DNA from: Vitrella brassicaformis CCMP3155
Taxonomy: Eukaryota; Protista; Chromerida
Direction: 5' to 3'
Length of the DNA stretch: 64,000 bases
NCBI GenBank assembly: GCA_001179505.1
Contig: CDMY01000708.1
Coordinates: 226,408 to 290,407, forward strand
Numbering within the stretch: the first letter of the stretch is position 1; every line of letters begins with the position of its first letter. Below, piece after piece: positions 12,837-24,870 of the stretch. The position numbers and the translations under genes were made by a program. The notes under the pieces were generated by a model. The model had not been told where the DNA came from. It worked only from the letters and a program-made list of their open reading frames with translations, and searched no databases.

Positions 12837-12984
12837 ATCTGATCTGCGACGAGTGTATCAATGAAGGAAGGAGTGGGTGAACGAGTGATGGACAGAGAAG
12901 AGAAAAAAACACTTGTACGCGCAAGTCCCATCATCACAATACCTAAGCTCGCAAAGATCGTGAGCCGCAGCTGAAACCGCTGCT

Positions 12985-13813
12985 GCGGCCTCTTCTGCGC
13001 ATTCGGCCTCTCAGTGGCGGATGCATTCCTTCCCGCGCAGCCGCACATCACTACTCACCATGTGCAGCATCATGCCAGCCGCCGCCTCGCCGTTGTCAGA
13101 GCTGCCACTGGCAGTGGCGACAAGAAGACACTCGAGAGGGTCCTGATTCGGCAAGGCGATGAGTCAGATCTGTCCAAGATCCGCCTCGTGTTGGCTTCAC
13201 AACTCATGAAGTGAGCGGATGACAGAGCACAAAGGCTGCGTGACGTCTGCTGTATAGAATGAATGTGTTTGTACTGTGCAGTCCTTTGTTCTTGCAGGCT
13301 GAGAGGTTTGTGTGTGCCGAGATGGATGGGCGGCTGATTGGCTTTGGTCAGGTACGGCCGCTGGATGGCGGCGGGGGCTCTTTCGAGGTGGCATCGCTGT
13401 TGGTCGATGAAGCGGAGAGGGGCAAAGGTACGCCATGAGGCCATGCAGCATGAGCCGTGTGTGAATGCTGCTGCGTGTGTGTCATTCACTCACTCACTCG
13501 GTCAGGCATCGGCAGCGCCATCGTGAGGCGTCTGTTGGAGCGGCATGGCACCAAAGGCACTCTGTATCTACTCACATTATCCAAGACGACGCCATTCTGG
13601 TATGTGCTTGCTCGATCACAGAGGACAACAAAACGCACGAGTGGCTTGTTATGTGTGTCTGATTCGGCAAGGGAGCGATTTGGTTTTCGCTTGGTGGGGT
13701 CAGACCAGGACACCTCTCTGCCGGCACTTCTTCGGTTGGAGCGAAGTGCTGGGACTCTCGTGGCTGGCGGACTGCTGGGGCAGACAGTGGTGGTCATGAC
13801 AAAGGATGAGTAG
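12985..13813 (+). pseudogene. GNAT acetyltransferase copy 2: near-identical duplicate lacking the start ATG (pseudogene or re-targeted isoform)
   Basis: Colinear with 6251-7161 at an offset of 6734 bp. The position matching copy-1 ATG is an in-frame TGA (12972). The first in-frame ATG is at the end of exon 1. Splice sites are intact. Confidence 0.65.
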
Positions 13814-14152
13814 GTGGAAGAGACAGTGAGTGAGCAATGGTCAGATGCTTGTCGTGGGGGCTTATGTGACGTGTGACTCATTCACCTACGGTCGTGTTCT
13901 GGCGAGATGTACGACACGGAAGGGGCGGGATGGGACGTGTCGCATGTTGTGTCGCATGTCGTGTGTGTGTGGCCTGGCCACCTCCTCTCGCACTCTCTGC
14001 TGTGCTGTGCACACACAGCTTTCACTTCACACACGGGGTGGAGGGAGGGAGGGATGTCATGAAGTCAAGTGAAGTGGAGTGCACTGACTCATCTACCGAA
14101 AGCTCTTCAGTCTACAAAGGCCCTCACTGATGTCCACGCACTGCCAACCCTC

Positions 14153-15471
14153 TCACAAGCCAGTCACCGCCAGCTCATCCCGGTCAAACACAAGGCTCAT
14201 CTTCACATGCACCCGCCTCGCCGTCCGCGGATTCTCAACAAACACACGCACAACATGTCCCAGCAGATCAAACAGCGCCGTGCACAGGGTGTACCCAGAG
14301 TCTGGCCCTTTCGCCGTCCGGTAGATCGGGTAGCTCCCTTCTGTGTCGCCCAGAACGTCCAGCAGGTCGCCCGCACTCGTAGGGCTGGGCAGCTCGTGAG
14401 CCCTCCTCTCCCTTGCTTTGCTCGACCTGATGGCTGACGGGATCTGCGGCACATCCACCAGGTAATCGTACTTGTTTGCCCTGAAGAAGGCACCGTCAAC
14501 CACATGGTGGCTGTGGAAGAGGTTGGGCCCCTTGCCGTCGAGGGAAGGCGCCACCTCCACCGAGATGATGGTCGGCCGGTCTTGCCCGATAGAGAAGACG
14601 TTGTACCCATGCCCGGTGGCCATTCGTCGGCCGCTGATAATGGCCATGGCCTCGTCGAGCGATCCAGCCTCCAGCAGTTCGCGAGAGATGAAATTCCTGC
14701 CGATGGCGCCTGTCTGGGTGTAGTCGGGGTACAGCCCATTGAGTGTGAAGCCAACACCGTGGTCGTTCCAGCCAAAGCCAACGGTCGGCAGCTCTCCTGG
14801 GTAGACGAAAGCCGAGAATCTGCTGGCCCGGGTGACACCGTCGCCGTACATGGAGGCTGTGAGAAGGAATGCGCGGTTCCTGGCGGCGAGGTCACCGTCC
14901 TCATTGTGGGCGACCCATGCGTGTTTGCCCTGCTCCTTGAGCAAGTAGTCAGAGCAGTCCTCAATGACAGCTGGCGGCTGAATGCCGTGAGCATCGTGAT
15001 TGCCAGAGGCGGCCATCAAGACGGATAGCTCGTTACGCAGGTTGAGAATGAACAGATCCTGACATCAACAGACACACACACACACACATGGAACACCCTG
15101 CACTGTGTGCTGTGTTGCCCCTGTACCATGAAGGCGACTCTCGCTCCCTCGGCTGTGGCTCGGATCTCCTCGATGTACTGAGGATAGGCTGTCTTGTGCG
15201 TCTGCAGGAACTCATCCACAATGCGCGCGCCCTCCGAGGTGGCTGCGAACAGCCGCAGCTGATGGAAAGACGAAAGCTCCTTTAACCGAGCCCTGATCTG
15301 CTCGTCAAATGTCGTCCCGATGGCCATGCCGACTTCTGTGTGGTTCCCGTGGGCAAAGAGGGAGGGCAGGATGCCGAGCGAAGCGGCTCCGGTCGTCATC
15401 GTCCAGATTGCAGCGAAAAGAGAGATTGCAAGGGGTCGCAGACGCTCACAACAACAAGGCGGCGACGCCAT
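14153..15471 (-). CDS. Peptidase C45 / acyl-CoA:6-APA acyltransferase-like Ntn hydrolase (tan-like) with signal peptide; intron 15059-15126
   Basis: 'YPQYIEEIRATAEGA..|DLFILNLRNEL', nucleophile 'EDCSD', 'AHNEDG', 'YPGELP..GFGWN', 'SGYTLCTALFDL'; hydrophobic N-terminus. Confidence 0.85.
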
Positions 15472-15547
15472 CAACGCCTGAGAAAGCTGTGGCGGGGAGG
15501 CTTGAACAAGAACAGCTCGCAGATGCCGATCGAATTCATCGCCCTGG

Positions 15548-16793
15548 ATGATGGCTAACGAGGCAGGAGCCTCCTCCCAGGCCTGCTCAAGTCGACTGGG
15601 TCATAGATCTGACGATAAACGCCCAGATCTCTTCGCTCGCGTGGTGCAGCACCTCAGGAACCATCCAAGTAAGCAGACACGGCCGTGACGTGAATGCCCG
15701 CTGCGTATCTGACACTGTTTGTTTCTTGTGGCACACAGGCGTCGACAAGGTCGAGATCCAAGAGCATAGCCCCGTCACAGGCAAGAGGGGAGAGAAACTG
15801 GACCACCATCCCATCCTTCGTCTTCAGTTGGCGAGGTGGCCGTATGGGAGGGCAGCAACCATCCGTTCCGGCTGCCAGCCGACCTCTGCAACTTCTACCT
15901 CCTCGCGGACGGGTGCAAGCTCTCATGGCGTGTGAGGGCGTCAGCGGGCATAAGCGGCTCAAAGGCCGCCAACTCGCCCTCCAGCCTGCCCCTCGGCTGC
16001 GTCGAGGTGGTGCCGCTCAAGGGACTGAAGAGGGTTAGTGCATGGTGTTGTGTTGTGCTGTGTTGGGTTGAGGGTATCTGTGTGTGTGTGGTGTTTGCAA
16101 TGAAGGTGAGGCTGGAGCCAATGGTTATGGACGATGACGACGACGGAGAAAGCCAAACCAGACCGAAAGAAAGCGGCAGGTAGGAAGCCTTTGCGCACGT
16201 GTGTCTACACCACATGTGTCTGCTTCTGTCGCCGCAGCTGTCGGCCCTCTCCCGCCAGCACGGCAGCTCTGCACCGTGAGGGGTGGGGCGTGTTCGACCT
16301 CAACCCGAACGCAGCTGACGGGCGGGTGGTGCTCATGATGGCGCCACACGCACACACCGCACAAGTGTGGTTCCAGGTATGTGGCATGGGTGGGTCCGTA
16401 CGTACACAAGGCGCATGGGTGTGTGCAGGATATGTCGTGCGATTGGCACTTCCTGGCGGCGTCGTTCACCGACTACTTCCGGCTGGCACTGCTGCACCTG
16501 GGCATCGCTAGATGGTACGTGACGTGACACAGATGTTCCTCATTGCCTGTGTGTGCGTGTGTATGTGTGTGAGTGTCGATTCCCTTCGCCTGTGTGTCAG
16601 GGAGTATGCCTTCACGAGTGTGGGGCTGGACCCCTACACACAGCGGTGGCTCTCCTTCTTCACACACGAACGGTCGGCGAATGATTGACGTGGGTGGATG
16701 GACGGATGCGTTTTGATAGCGACTCTTGTGTGTGTGTGTGTGTGTGATAGGTATCTGCTAGACATGTCAGAGCAGCCCGGCGGTCACAATTAG
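15548..16793 (+). CDS. TPGS2: Tubulin polyglutamylase complex subunit 2-like (SMI1/KNR4-like fold), multi-exon
   Basis: Spliced motifs 'EVAVWEGSNHPFRLPADLCNFYLLADGCKLSW', 'VFDLNPNAADGRVVL', 'QVWFQ|D..CDWHFLAASFTDYFRLALLHLGIARW|EYAFTSVGLDPYTQRWLSFF' follow the TPGS2 family pattern. Confidence 0.75.
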
Positions 16794-16980
16794 AGAGGGA
16801 ACCAGACAACCAGACAAAGAACAGATCGCCTCGGCCGATGAAGATATGATGACGTTTGACTCATCTTGATTCATGGGCAACATAAATACATCTGTGTGCG
16901 TACACCCCGAGGGCACGATCCTCGTCCCGCTGACAACCACCACATAGCCCCATTGCAGGGCCCTGCATGCATTCCGGTCG

Positions 16981-19900
16981 ATGCGAGCTTTTAGAAGAGT
17001 CTTCGGTCTCCATCCCCGAGATCTCCGGTCAGGAATGGCTTTGGAGAGTGTGGAAGAGGTGTGTGTCGTGAGCGATGTCCTTCAAAAGCCACGATATGTC
17101 CGCGTCAAGGTCCAGTCCTCCGGATCTCTTCACACACCTGATGGCGGGTGCCTGGCGCTACCCGAGTACCAACTCTACCGACTGCGGGATGCCCATGGGT
17201 AAGCAGGGCACACACTAAGCCCGCACCTGGTGTCACCTTCCGAGCGTCGGTTCGTTTCTCTGCTGTCAGGCTGCAAGCCCTGTGCCTCCAGCGGAGTCGT
17301 CACCTGCGCAAACACGTCGCGTCAGCCTCAACAACTGCTGACGTCCGTGTTGGCGGCGAGCAAGGTGCGCTCGACGATGACTGCGAGTTGCTGCTGCTGC
17401 TGTTCGGCCAGCAGATCTCACACTCACGCGACGACTTGAGGCTCGCTGCAGCCCTCATCGATGACATATCGGCCCTCTCGACCCCGTCTGTAGCGCCCAA
17501 GTGGCGGCTGCCTGAAAAGAGCTCATTTGCTTCATCTGGCGGCCTTGCGGCACCAGAAGGGGGAGTGGAGGATGCTCCGCAAGCCGAGATAGCGGAGAGC
17601 GACGGAATGCCAGGCAGATGGCTGTCCCGACAATCGACCGAGGCCACCATCAAGGACACCGTGCAGCGCGGCAGCCTGGATTGGGCTGGTCCGGACGACG
17701 AGGACCTGCAGCGGTGGGCGTCTATTCTCTTGCAGCACTGCATCCTGACAAGGCTCGATGGCGTCTATGCCGTCAAGAGGACGCTCAGGCAAGGCGACCT
17801 GTTCGACACGCTGTTGGTGGAGCACTCTGGGACAGGCAGGCTGTTCGGTGCCAAGAGATACCAGAAGGCTCTGCTCAAGGTGTGAATGAGACCTGGCAGG
17901 CGCGCAGGCAGCATGGTCCGTTGTGTGCGTTCGGTCTTTGTTTGCCTGCAGGAGTTTGATGCGGAGGAGTCTCCGCAGCGCATTGAGTGGCTGCCCTACG
18001 AGATAGCCACCTGGAGGGCGTTGCAGCATCCCCGCATACTGCGGCTCGTCGCTGTCTACGAGACGGCCGACCACATCACTGTGGTGAGAAGCACACCACC
18101 ATGTCACCCTGAATGTCCTCACAGTAGTCATGGGTTCCCTGCTTTCTGTCAGATTCACGAGCATGGTGCGTCGTCGGACGTGTTTCGGTACATCGATCAG
18201 CTGCCGACCTACAGCGAGGCGGACTGCCGGCGTCTCGTCCGTGGGCTCATCGAGGCCATCGCCTTCCTCCATGAGAAGCGCATCGCCCACCGCAACATCA
18301 AACCCACCGCACTAACGCCATGCGGTCAGTCTGTCGGTCACACCACACCAGCACGCCCTGCCATATGTTTACTTTGTCGTATGTATGGGGCTGTGTGCAG
18401 AGAGCGGCGAGGGCGTGTGCCTAAAGCTGGGTCAGTTCGACGTGGCTGCGTGCCTGGATGAGTGCAGCTGGTACTCCCGGATGCAGTGCGGGACGCCCGG
18501 CTACGTGGCGCCGGAGATGCTGCAGGGCAGACCATACGACGAGAAGGTCGACGTCTTCTCCGCAGGTGAGAGGGAGGAGAGGGAGGAGCACCAGGAATGA
18601 ACAGCATAGCATGTGCATCACATCAATCAGCATCCACAGCACAGCACAGCCTCTTCTGCCCTTTCTCCCGGCAGGTGTGGTGCTGTATGCGCTGCTGGTG
18701 GGGTCGCTGCCCTTCAATGAGCACCCCACGCCACTCGGCCGCTCTGAAATCAGCAGGGCGCCGCGGGAGGACGTCCGGCAGGTGCTGCTCCGGAACCTCC
18801 GTTGCGAGTGGGACCTCCAGAGCGACGCTGCGTGGCAGCACGTGTCAGAGGAGGGGAAGGACCTCGTCACTCGGATGATGGCGGTGAGAGATACCGATGC
18901 ACACAACTGGACGGATAAGTGCTGGATGGCTTTCTGTCGTGTGTCTTGTCAGGAGTCTCCTGAGGATCGGCCGTTGGCTGCTGAGTGTCTGCAAGACCCA
19001 TGGTTCACATCTGTGGATGGCGATCGGCTCCAGCGCGAGCGGGCGGGCCCTGTCCACTTGTGGAAGGTCAAGGAAGCCGCTGCTGCCGCCACATCAGAGT
19101 CGTCAGCAAGCCCCCTGCCGACAGAGGACACTCACAAAGAGCCCCTACCCTCTGCTCTTTCTGCCAACTTGGACTCCATCGAGTGCATCAAAGTGCCCCG
19201 CATTCTCGTCAGCAAGGATCTGCCGGCGGCCATATCGTCACCCGCCACCCCCGCCCCGCCCCTCCTGTCCGTCCCCTACAGCACATCGTCACTCAGCTCA
19301 GGTCGCCCCTCCCCATCCGCCCCCGCCTCCACACACAGACACGGCTCACAGCGACGTCGGCCAAGGTTCGCCGCGACGCTGCATGTGCCTGATCGTCGGC
19401 CGTCCTTCCGGTCGCCCCCCTCTGGCTCATCTGGGCGCAAGAGTGTCAGCTCTCGGCATGCGTCAGACTCAGAGAACGATACGGTGGCCTCGCGGCTGAG
19501 GCGATTCGTGGGCACCCCAAAGGGGCCCCGACGGGGGATGAGGAGGCTGCTGCAGTCCAGCGAGATCGGTTCTCCGGGATCGCCGAGGCGGTCGCCAAGT
19601 ATCCCCTCTTCACTTCGCCGCCGTGTCCGGCCTGAGTTCTTCGTCAGCATGGCCAAGCACGTCACAAACCCAGACCATGGGCCGTCTACGACCGTCCCAG
19701 TCGCCCAACCAGCTGCAGAGCCTCAAATCGAGCTTGCCTCACAGCCACAGGCAGCGGACGGCGAGGTCGGGTCACAGCAACCAAGGTGCCCCATGAGCCC
19801 CTGCATCTTGCCGCGGAGCCGTCATGTGCCGTGCGACCCCCAGATGCGCCGCAGCTACTCAGCTGACGACGTCGCGACCATGGCACGAAGCCGCTCATCG

Positions 19901-20392
19901 AGCAGCGACTCCATCGTTGAGCGGGAGCCATCATCGGAGCGATTCCTCCAGTGGATCGAAGGCAGAGGCAGCGCGCCCACAGAGCCGGCCGCCCCGTCCA
20001 AGAGTGAGCCACATATCTGTCAGCGGCCCCAGGACGCCGCGACCCGGCAGCAGCAGGTCGGCGTGCGGCACAACAGGAAACGTTTGAGCGCCGCGAGCCA
20101 GCGTGAGCTGAGCAAGACGGTGGCGCGCCTCCGCTCTAAGATGCAGCTCGAGTATGGGGAAGACTGGTGGGCAGGGGGGCAGATGCCAACACCTGACGCA
20201 GCGGACGAGAAGGCCAATGATGGGAGAGGGGCCAGCGGCGAGGGGCTGGCCACTAAGGCCGTCGAGAGTGGGAAAGCGGCCGCCAGGTCCGGTGGCCTGG
20301 AGGTCAGTTACTGGTTTTTATGTCTGGCGGTGGTTGTTCTGGCGGCGCTGTTGGTCTGGTGGATGGGGACGGCGCAGTCAGCTGCGGTCTAA
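16981..20392 (+). CDS. CAMK-like protein kinase-fold protein (predicted pseudokinase) with long Ser/Pro/Arg-rich tail and C-terminal transmembrane helix
   Basis: Subdomains 'FGAKRY', 'LQHPRILRLVAVYET', 'HRNIKP', 'KLGQFDVA', 'CGTPGYVAPEML', 'VDVFSAG|VVLYALLVGSLPF', 'VSEEGKDLVTRMM', 'DRPLAAECLQDPWF'; terminal 'YWFLCLAVVVLAALLVWWMG'. The 5' exon assignment is less certain. Confidence 0.78.
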
Positions 20393-20451
20393 CACCTTTT
20401 TCTGTTGCGAGTACTGAGATTGTGGCAGATAGGTGCTGTGCTTGGCTGTGT

Positions 20452-20625
20452 TTTGTGCTGGTCGGTCATTCTCGGCTTCCGTGAGTGTGGATGGGTTGAT
20501 CATAGGGCGATCGCGGCACATGCAGCCGAGGCCAACCGAACAGTGAGCGGTTGTCGATTGACAGACAGCCTACATGGATGCCCTGGAAGTGCATGGTGGA
20601 TGGATGGATGGATCAGTAAGTGGCT
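20452..20625 (+). repeat. ~180-bp dispersed non-coding repeat, copy 2
   Basis: Reverse-complement match to 7222-7403; begins about 60 bp after the kinase stop codon. Confidence 0.85.
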
Positions 20626-21126
20626 TGTTAGCGGCCAGCCAGAAAACGAAAAAATGCCATAGCATGAATCGAATGATAGGCCGTCAGACAAAGTCGCCCT
20701 GCCAATGGCTGTCTGTCTCTCTGTGTTCACCATGGCCACACCGCACCACACATCGTGACACAAACCAACTGTGCCGCCCACCGCACACAGAAAGCTGCCC
20801 TCATGTGTATAATGCAATGTCTGTGATCGGCTTCTCAACAGACATACCACCTCGACGTCATATCTCTATAGCCTACTGACAAGGAGAGAGAGTGTCATAG
20901 GACGTATGAATGACTACGAAGGGAGCGCTCTGACGCGTGTGCAGAGCAGAGCAGACAGACATATGTAAAGTACGGACGTACGTACACACCTGCACGGACC
21001 CTCCCACAGCCCCACAGCCCGCCCTGACTGCAAAAGACACACATGTGGGTCTCACTCACCACACAGACGCGCACACAATACAATGGTGCGTCGCTCTCTC
21101 CATCTTTTGCGCCACGTTCAGACGGG

Positions 21127-21160
<34 letters not shown>

Positions 21161-21988
21161 AGCAGTACGCATGCACGCCGCACAGATAGCAGAAAGGCAC
21201 ACCATGAACGTGTACGTACGCACGTATGTGATCATATTGGCACGCCACGCGCAGGTAGACAAGTACATGCTCACCACCACCACTGCACAGCCGACTGGAA
21301 GCCGAGCAGCATCAAAAAAGGGCTGCTCATGGTGGGTCCGTCTGTCAGAGGCACGTGCACAGGCGGCCAGCGTCACATGCATACAGATCGAAGGAAAAAA
21401 CACAACACATCATGCTCCTCCCTCCCTCCCTGTTTGTATGTATGCTCAGCAATGAAACACGGTGATGTGGGGTGTGGGGTAAGGTGTGGTGACTTGTGAA
21501 GGAAAGACAGTCAGCCGACAGACAAGTAGCCCACGAACAGCATACGCAATTCAGCACAAGACAGACACGAGTGAGTTGAAAGTTCGGCGCCATGTGAGTC
21601 CCCCGTGATGTGTTTGTCTGTGCTGCAACAATAACGACATCCGCCTCTCTCTGTCTGTCCTCCCTCCTACACATAGACATCAGCCGCTTTATGGATACGC
21701 TCTCATCATGATCGATCACCACACACAGGAAGGGACACACACAGGTCACAGACAGACCGACCGACCGACAGACAGCGAGAGAGACGAAACCTACACACAT
21801 ACGTATCTCTGTGTGTGGTGGTGCGCTCCCTCCGTTTCCATGTCAGCACCGCGGTACGTACACATCACACACGCAGCACTTGGCAATACAAATCCACTGG
21901 CCCGAGTGACACACAAGCACTTGCCCCCCCACACAAACCGTGCGGCCATCTATCCATCAGCCGTTGAGTCAGGGAGAGTGAGTGGGCA

Positions 21989-22110
21989 CTAAGATGCCTT
22001 CTGGCCATTCCACCCTCCGCCGCACTCGGCGGCCGTCGAATGCATCCGAGCGCCGGAGCGCCGCTTGCGTGACATCTGCCTGTCTTGCTTCGCTCTCTCC
22101 CTCCTCTTCC
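21989..22110 (-). pseudogene. Relic 3' end of a third ApiAP2 paralog
   Basis: The minus strand reads '..ERAKQDRQMSRKR..' and, in a shifted frame, 'DGRRVRRRVE'. This matches the C-termini of both AP2 genes (KQDRLVSSRKRP..GRRVRRK; KQDRQVSSRKRP..SRRVRRRVK), and the same 3' flank follows. Confidence 0.6.
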
Positions 22111-22844
22111 CGCCTGTGTGTGTGTGTGTGTGTGTAGGGATGGATGGATGGACGTCATCATTGCGGTATGCATACACACATCCACACATGCCGTGAGACG
22201 ACACACAGTCAGTCAGAGAGACGAAACATAAGAGAGCAAGGCAGACACACCACAGACTACAAAAGATAGCAGTGAGGGCACACGACCGACCAGAGAAATG
22301 AGGGCCGCACCAACTCCATGGAGCCAAGCAGACAGACAGACAGACAGCCAAACAGACGATAGGCAGGCAGGCGTGTGCACATCCACACATCCATCCATCC
22401 ATCCATCGAATTGGCATACGACGGCCGGCACCTGACAATGCCCACCTGACCGGCCTGTCTCACTCCGCCAGCGCTGCACAGCCCACTGGGACAAAAACAC
22501 CGGCTGGGCGGCCGGGCGAAAAAACACCGGCTGGACGGCTGGGCGGGGACACACCAGGCATGCGATGGACACAGATCGAAGGAAGAAATACATCACAGCA
22601 AATCCTCCCTCCCTCCCTCCCTCCCTGTGTGTATGCTCAGCAATGCAGCACGGGGGACACCACACACGGCATCACATCACGATCGATACAAATCCACTGG
22701 CCCCCGACCAATACACAAAAACTTGCCCCTCACACACACACACATGAACATCGTACCGCTATGAACCCACCGGCCGACCCCACCACCCCCCGAATGCAGA
22801 GCGAGTGAGTGAGTGAGTGGGTGGGCAGCAAAAGGTCCCGACGG

Positions 22845-24870
22845 CTACTTGTTGGTCTTCCGTCGCACTCTGCGGCCCTCTGGCGCCTCTGAGGGCCGCT
22901 TGCGTGACGATACCAGCCTGTCTTGCTTCTCTCTCTCAGTCTGCGCCACCATCGTCTTCCGACAGTGAATCGCTTCTGCCTTGGCCTCACTGTCACCCCC
23001 ATACTCAGACAGAGAGAAGTTGCGGCTCCGTCGCTTTCCAGACGCATCAACCCAGTTGGCCACCCATGCCTTGCTCTTCTTGCACCACCTCACACCCCTG
23101 TGGCCGCTCTGCTTCTCGACTGGCTGCCGGAGGCTCGCCGCACCGCTCGCTTCCGCCTCCTTGCGGCACGCGACGGCCTTGTCGTAGGCCTCCTCGATGT
23201 CGCCGTGTGTGCTGATGGTGAAGGTCTTCAAGTGCTTCCTGCCGCCCTGCTCCCAGTACGCCCCCCATGCCTTGTTGCCTTTGTCGAAGTAGACGCCCTT
23301 GACATTCTTGGCGAGCAGCTGGTCGATGAGCTTCCAGCGACCGCGGCCGAGACTGGGGACACTCTGAGCAGAGAGGGAAGGGACACACAGAAAACCATTA
23401 TCGAAAAGGGCCACACATCGCATTTCGTGCACTCGCGTACCTTGCGCTGATCCGGCCAGATCTTCTCCATGTCCTTGCGCCGCTTGATGGCCGTCTCCTT
23501 GGCGCGCTTCTCGCCCATCTTGGCCACAGAGAAGTACTCCTGCTTCTGCTTGCCGTTCTCGTACCATGACGCGATCCAATAGCCGTTCTCGTCATCGTGG
23601 TACACACCGGTGATCTCGTTCTTGTTGCGGCTCATGATGGGACGGCCAGCCTTCTCGTTGTCTTGCTCGTTCTGCCGGCGACACGCCTCTGCCTCGGCCT
23701 TGGCCTCGTCGTAGCCCCCATGCTTGCTCACGGAGAAGCTCTTGGGTTTCCACTTGCCGTCCATCTTGACCATGGCACTCCACGTTTGGCGCTTGTCGTC
23801 GAAGCGCACGCCTCGGACGGTCGACTGGTGGGTGGGGGCTGTCGGCCCGGCCGCCTTGCCGGCCGCCTTGGGCTGCTTGAAGGTGGAGTCGCTCAGATGG
23901 TCACCACCACTCCCTGACACACACACACAGCACACAAAGCAGTCTGGTGTAGGTCGCGCCATCGGCATGTGTGCGAATGTGGGTGTGTCTGCGTACCTGA
24001 GCTCTCGGGCTCATCGTCCTCATCCTCGTCGTCATCATCATTGTCTGCAACAGGAAAGCACACCAGAGATGTGCTCGACGCGCTCTCTCTCTCTCTCCCT
24101 CTGTGTGTGTGTGTGTGTGTGTGTGTGGCTGACCATCGGGTGGGTTGTAGTCCTCGTCGTTGTCGTCATCGCTGCTGCCCTGGTCGTCGCTCGAGCCGCC
24201 CTCGTCGTCAGGCGGGTCGCCACCCACACGGCCACGAGCAGCACCCTTGCGAGCCTGCCGCTTCCGGCCGAGGCGATCTGCCGCAGCAAACACGGATAGC
24301 ATCCCCATGCAGTGGTTCGCGTTGTGCCGTGAATGTGTGTGCATCGGCATACCGTTGAGGGGCATCACCTCGCTGCGGGCAGCGGCGAAACGGTCTGCAG
24401 CGGCAAAAGAAATCCCTGACCATGATCGCCACCCACACCCACACCGCCAGCGGCACCACCTGAGCCCGACACCTGGGTCGCAGCACCCTGACACATCACA
24501 CACCACACCACACCAGAGGATGGTCTCTCCATGGGGCAGCCGTCTGTGCGTGTGTGGTGTTGTCCTCACCACATGGGTCATGTTGTCGAGATCGTCGCTT
24601 GCACCTGAGCCGGTCGGCGCCCGGGTCGATAAAGCACCCATAGTGGAGTCGGTCTGAGCACACACAAGAGGGAGAGGCAGGAAATGAGACGACCTGCGAG
24701 AACTGCCCGTGGCCTCCGCACGCACGGCGGCATGACAGACACGGGGCGTGCAGTGGTGTGCGTATTCCTGTCTGACTGTTTGTCTCACATCATAGTCAGC
24801 ACGAGAAACCGAAGCCGACGCGCCTGCAGCTTTCTCCCCCTTGCCCTTGCCCTTGCCGCCCGACACAATG
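22845..24870 (-). CDS. ApiAP2-type transcription factor with four AP2 domains (paralog A); true start probably further upstream (candidate ATG 25302)
   Basis: AP2 domains: 'VRGVRFDDKRQTWSA..SFSVSKHGGYDEAKAEAEACR', 'ITGVYHDDENGYWIASW..YFSVAKMGEKRAKETAIKRR', 'VKGVYFDKGNKAWGAYW', 'GHRGVRWCKKSKAWVANW..FSLSEYGGDSEAKAEAIHCR'. An acidic low-complexity N-terminal region precedes them. Confidence 0.88.
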
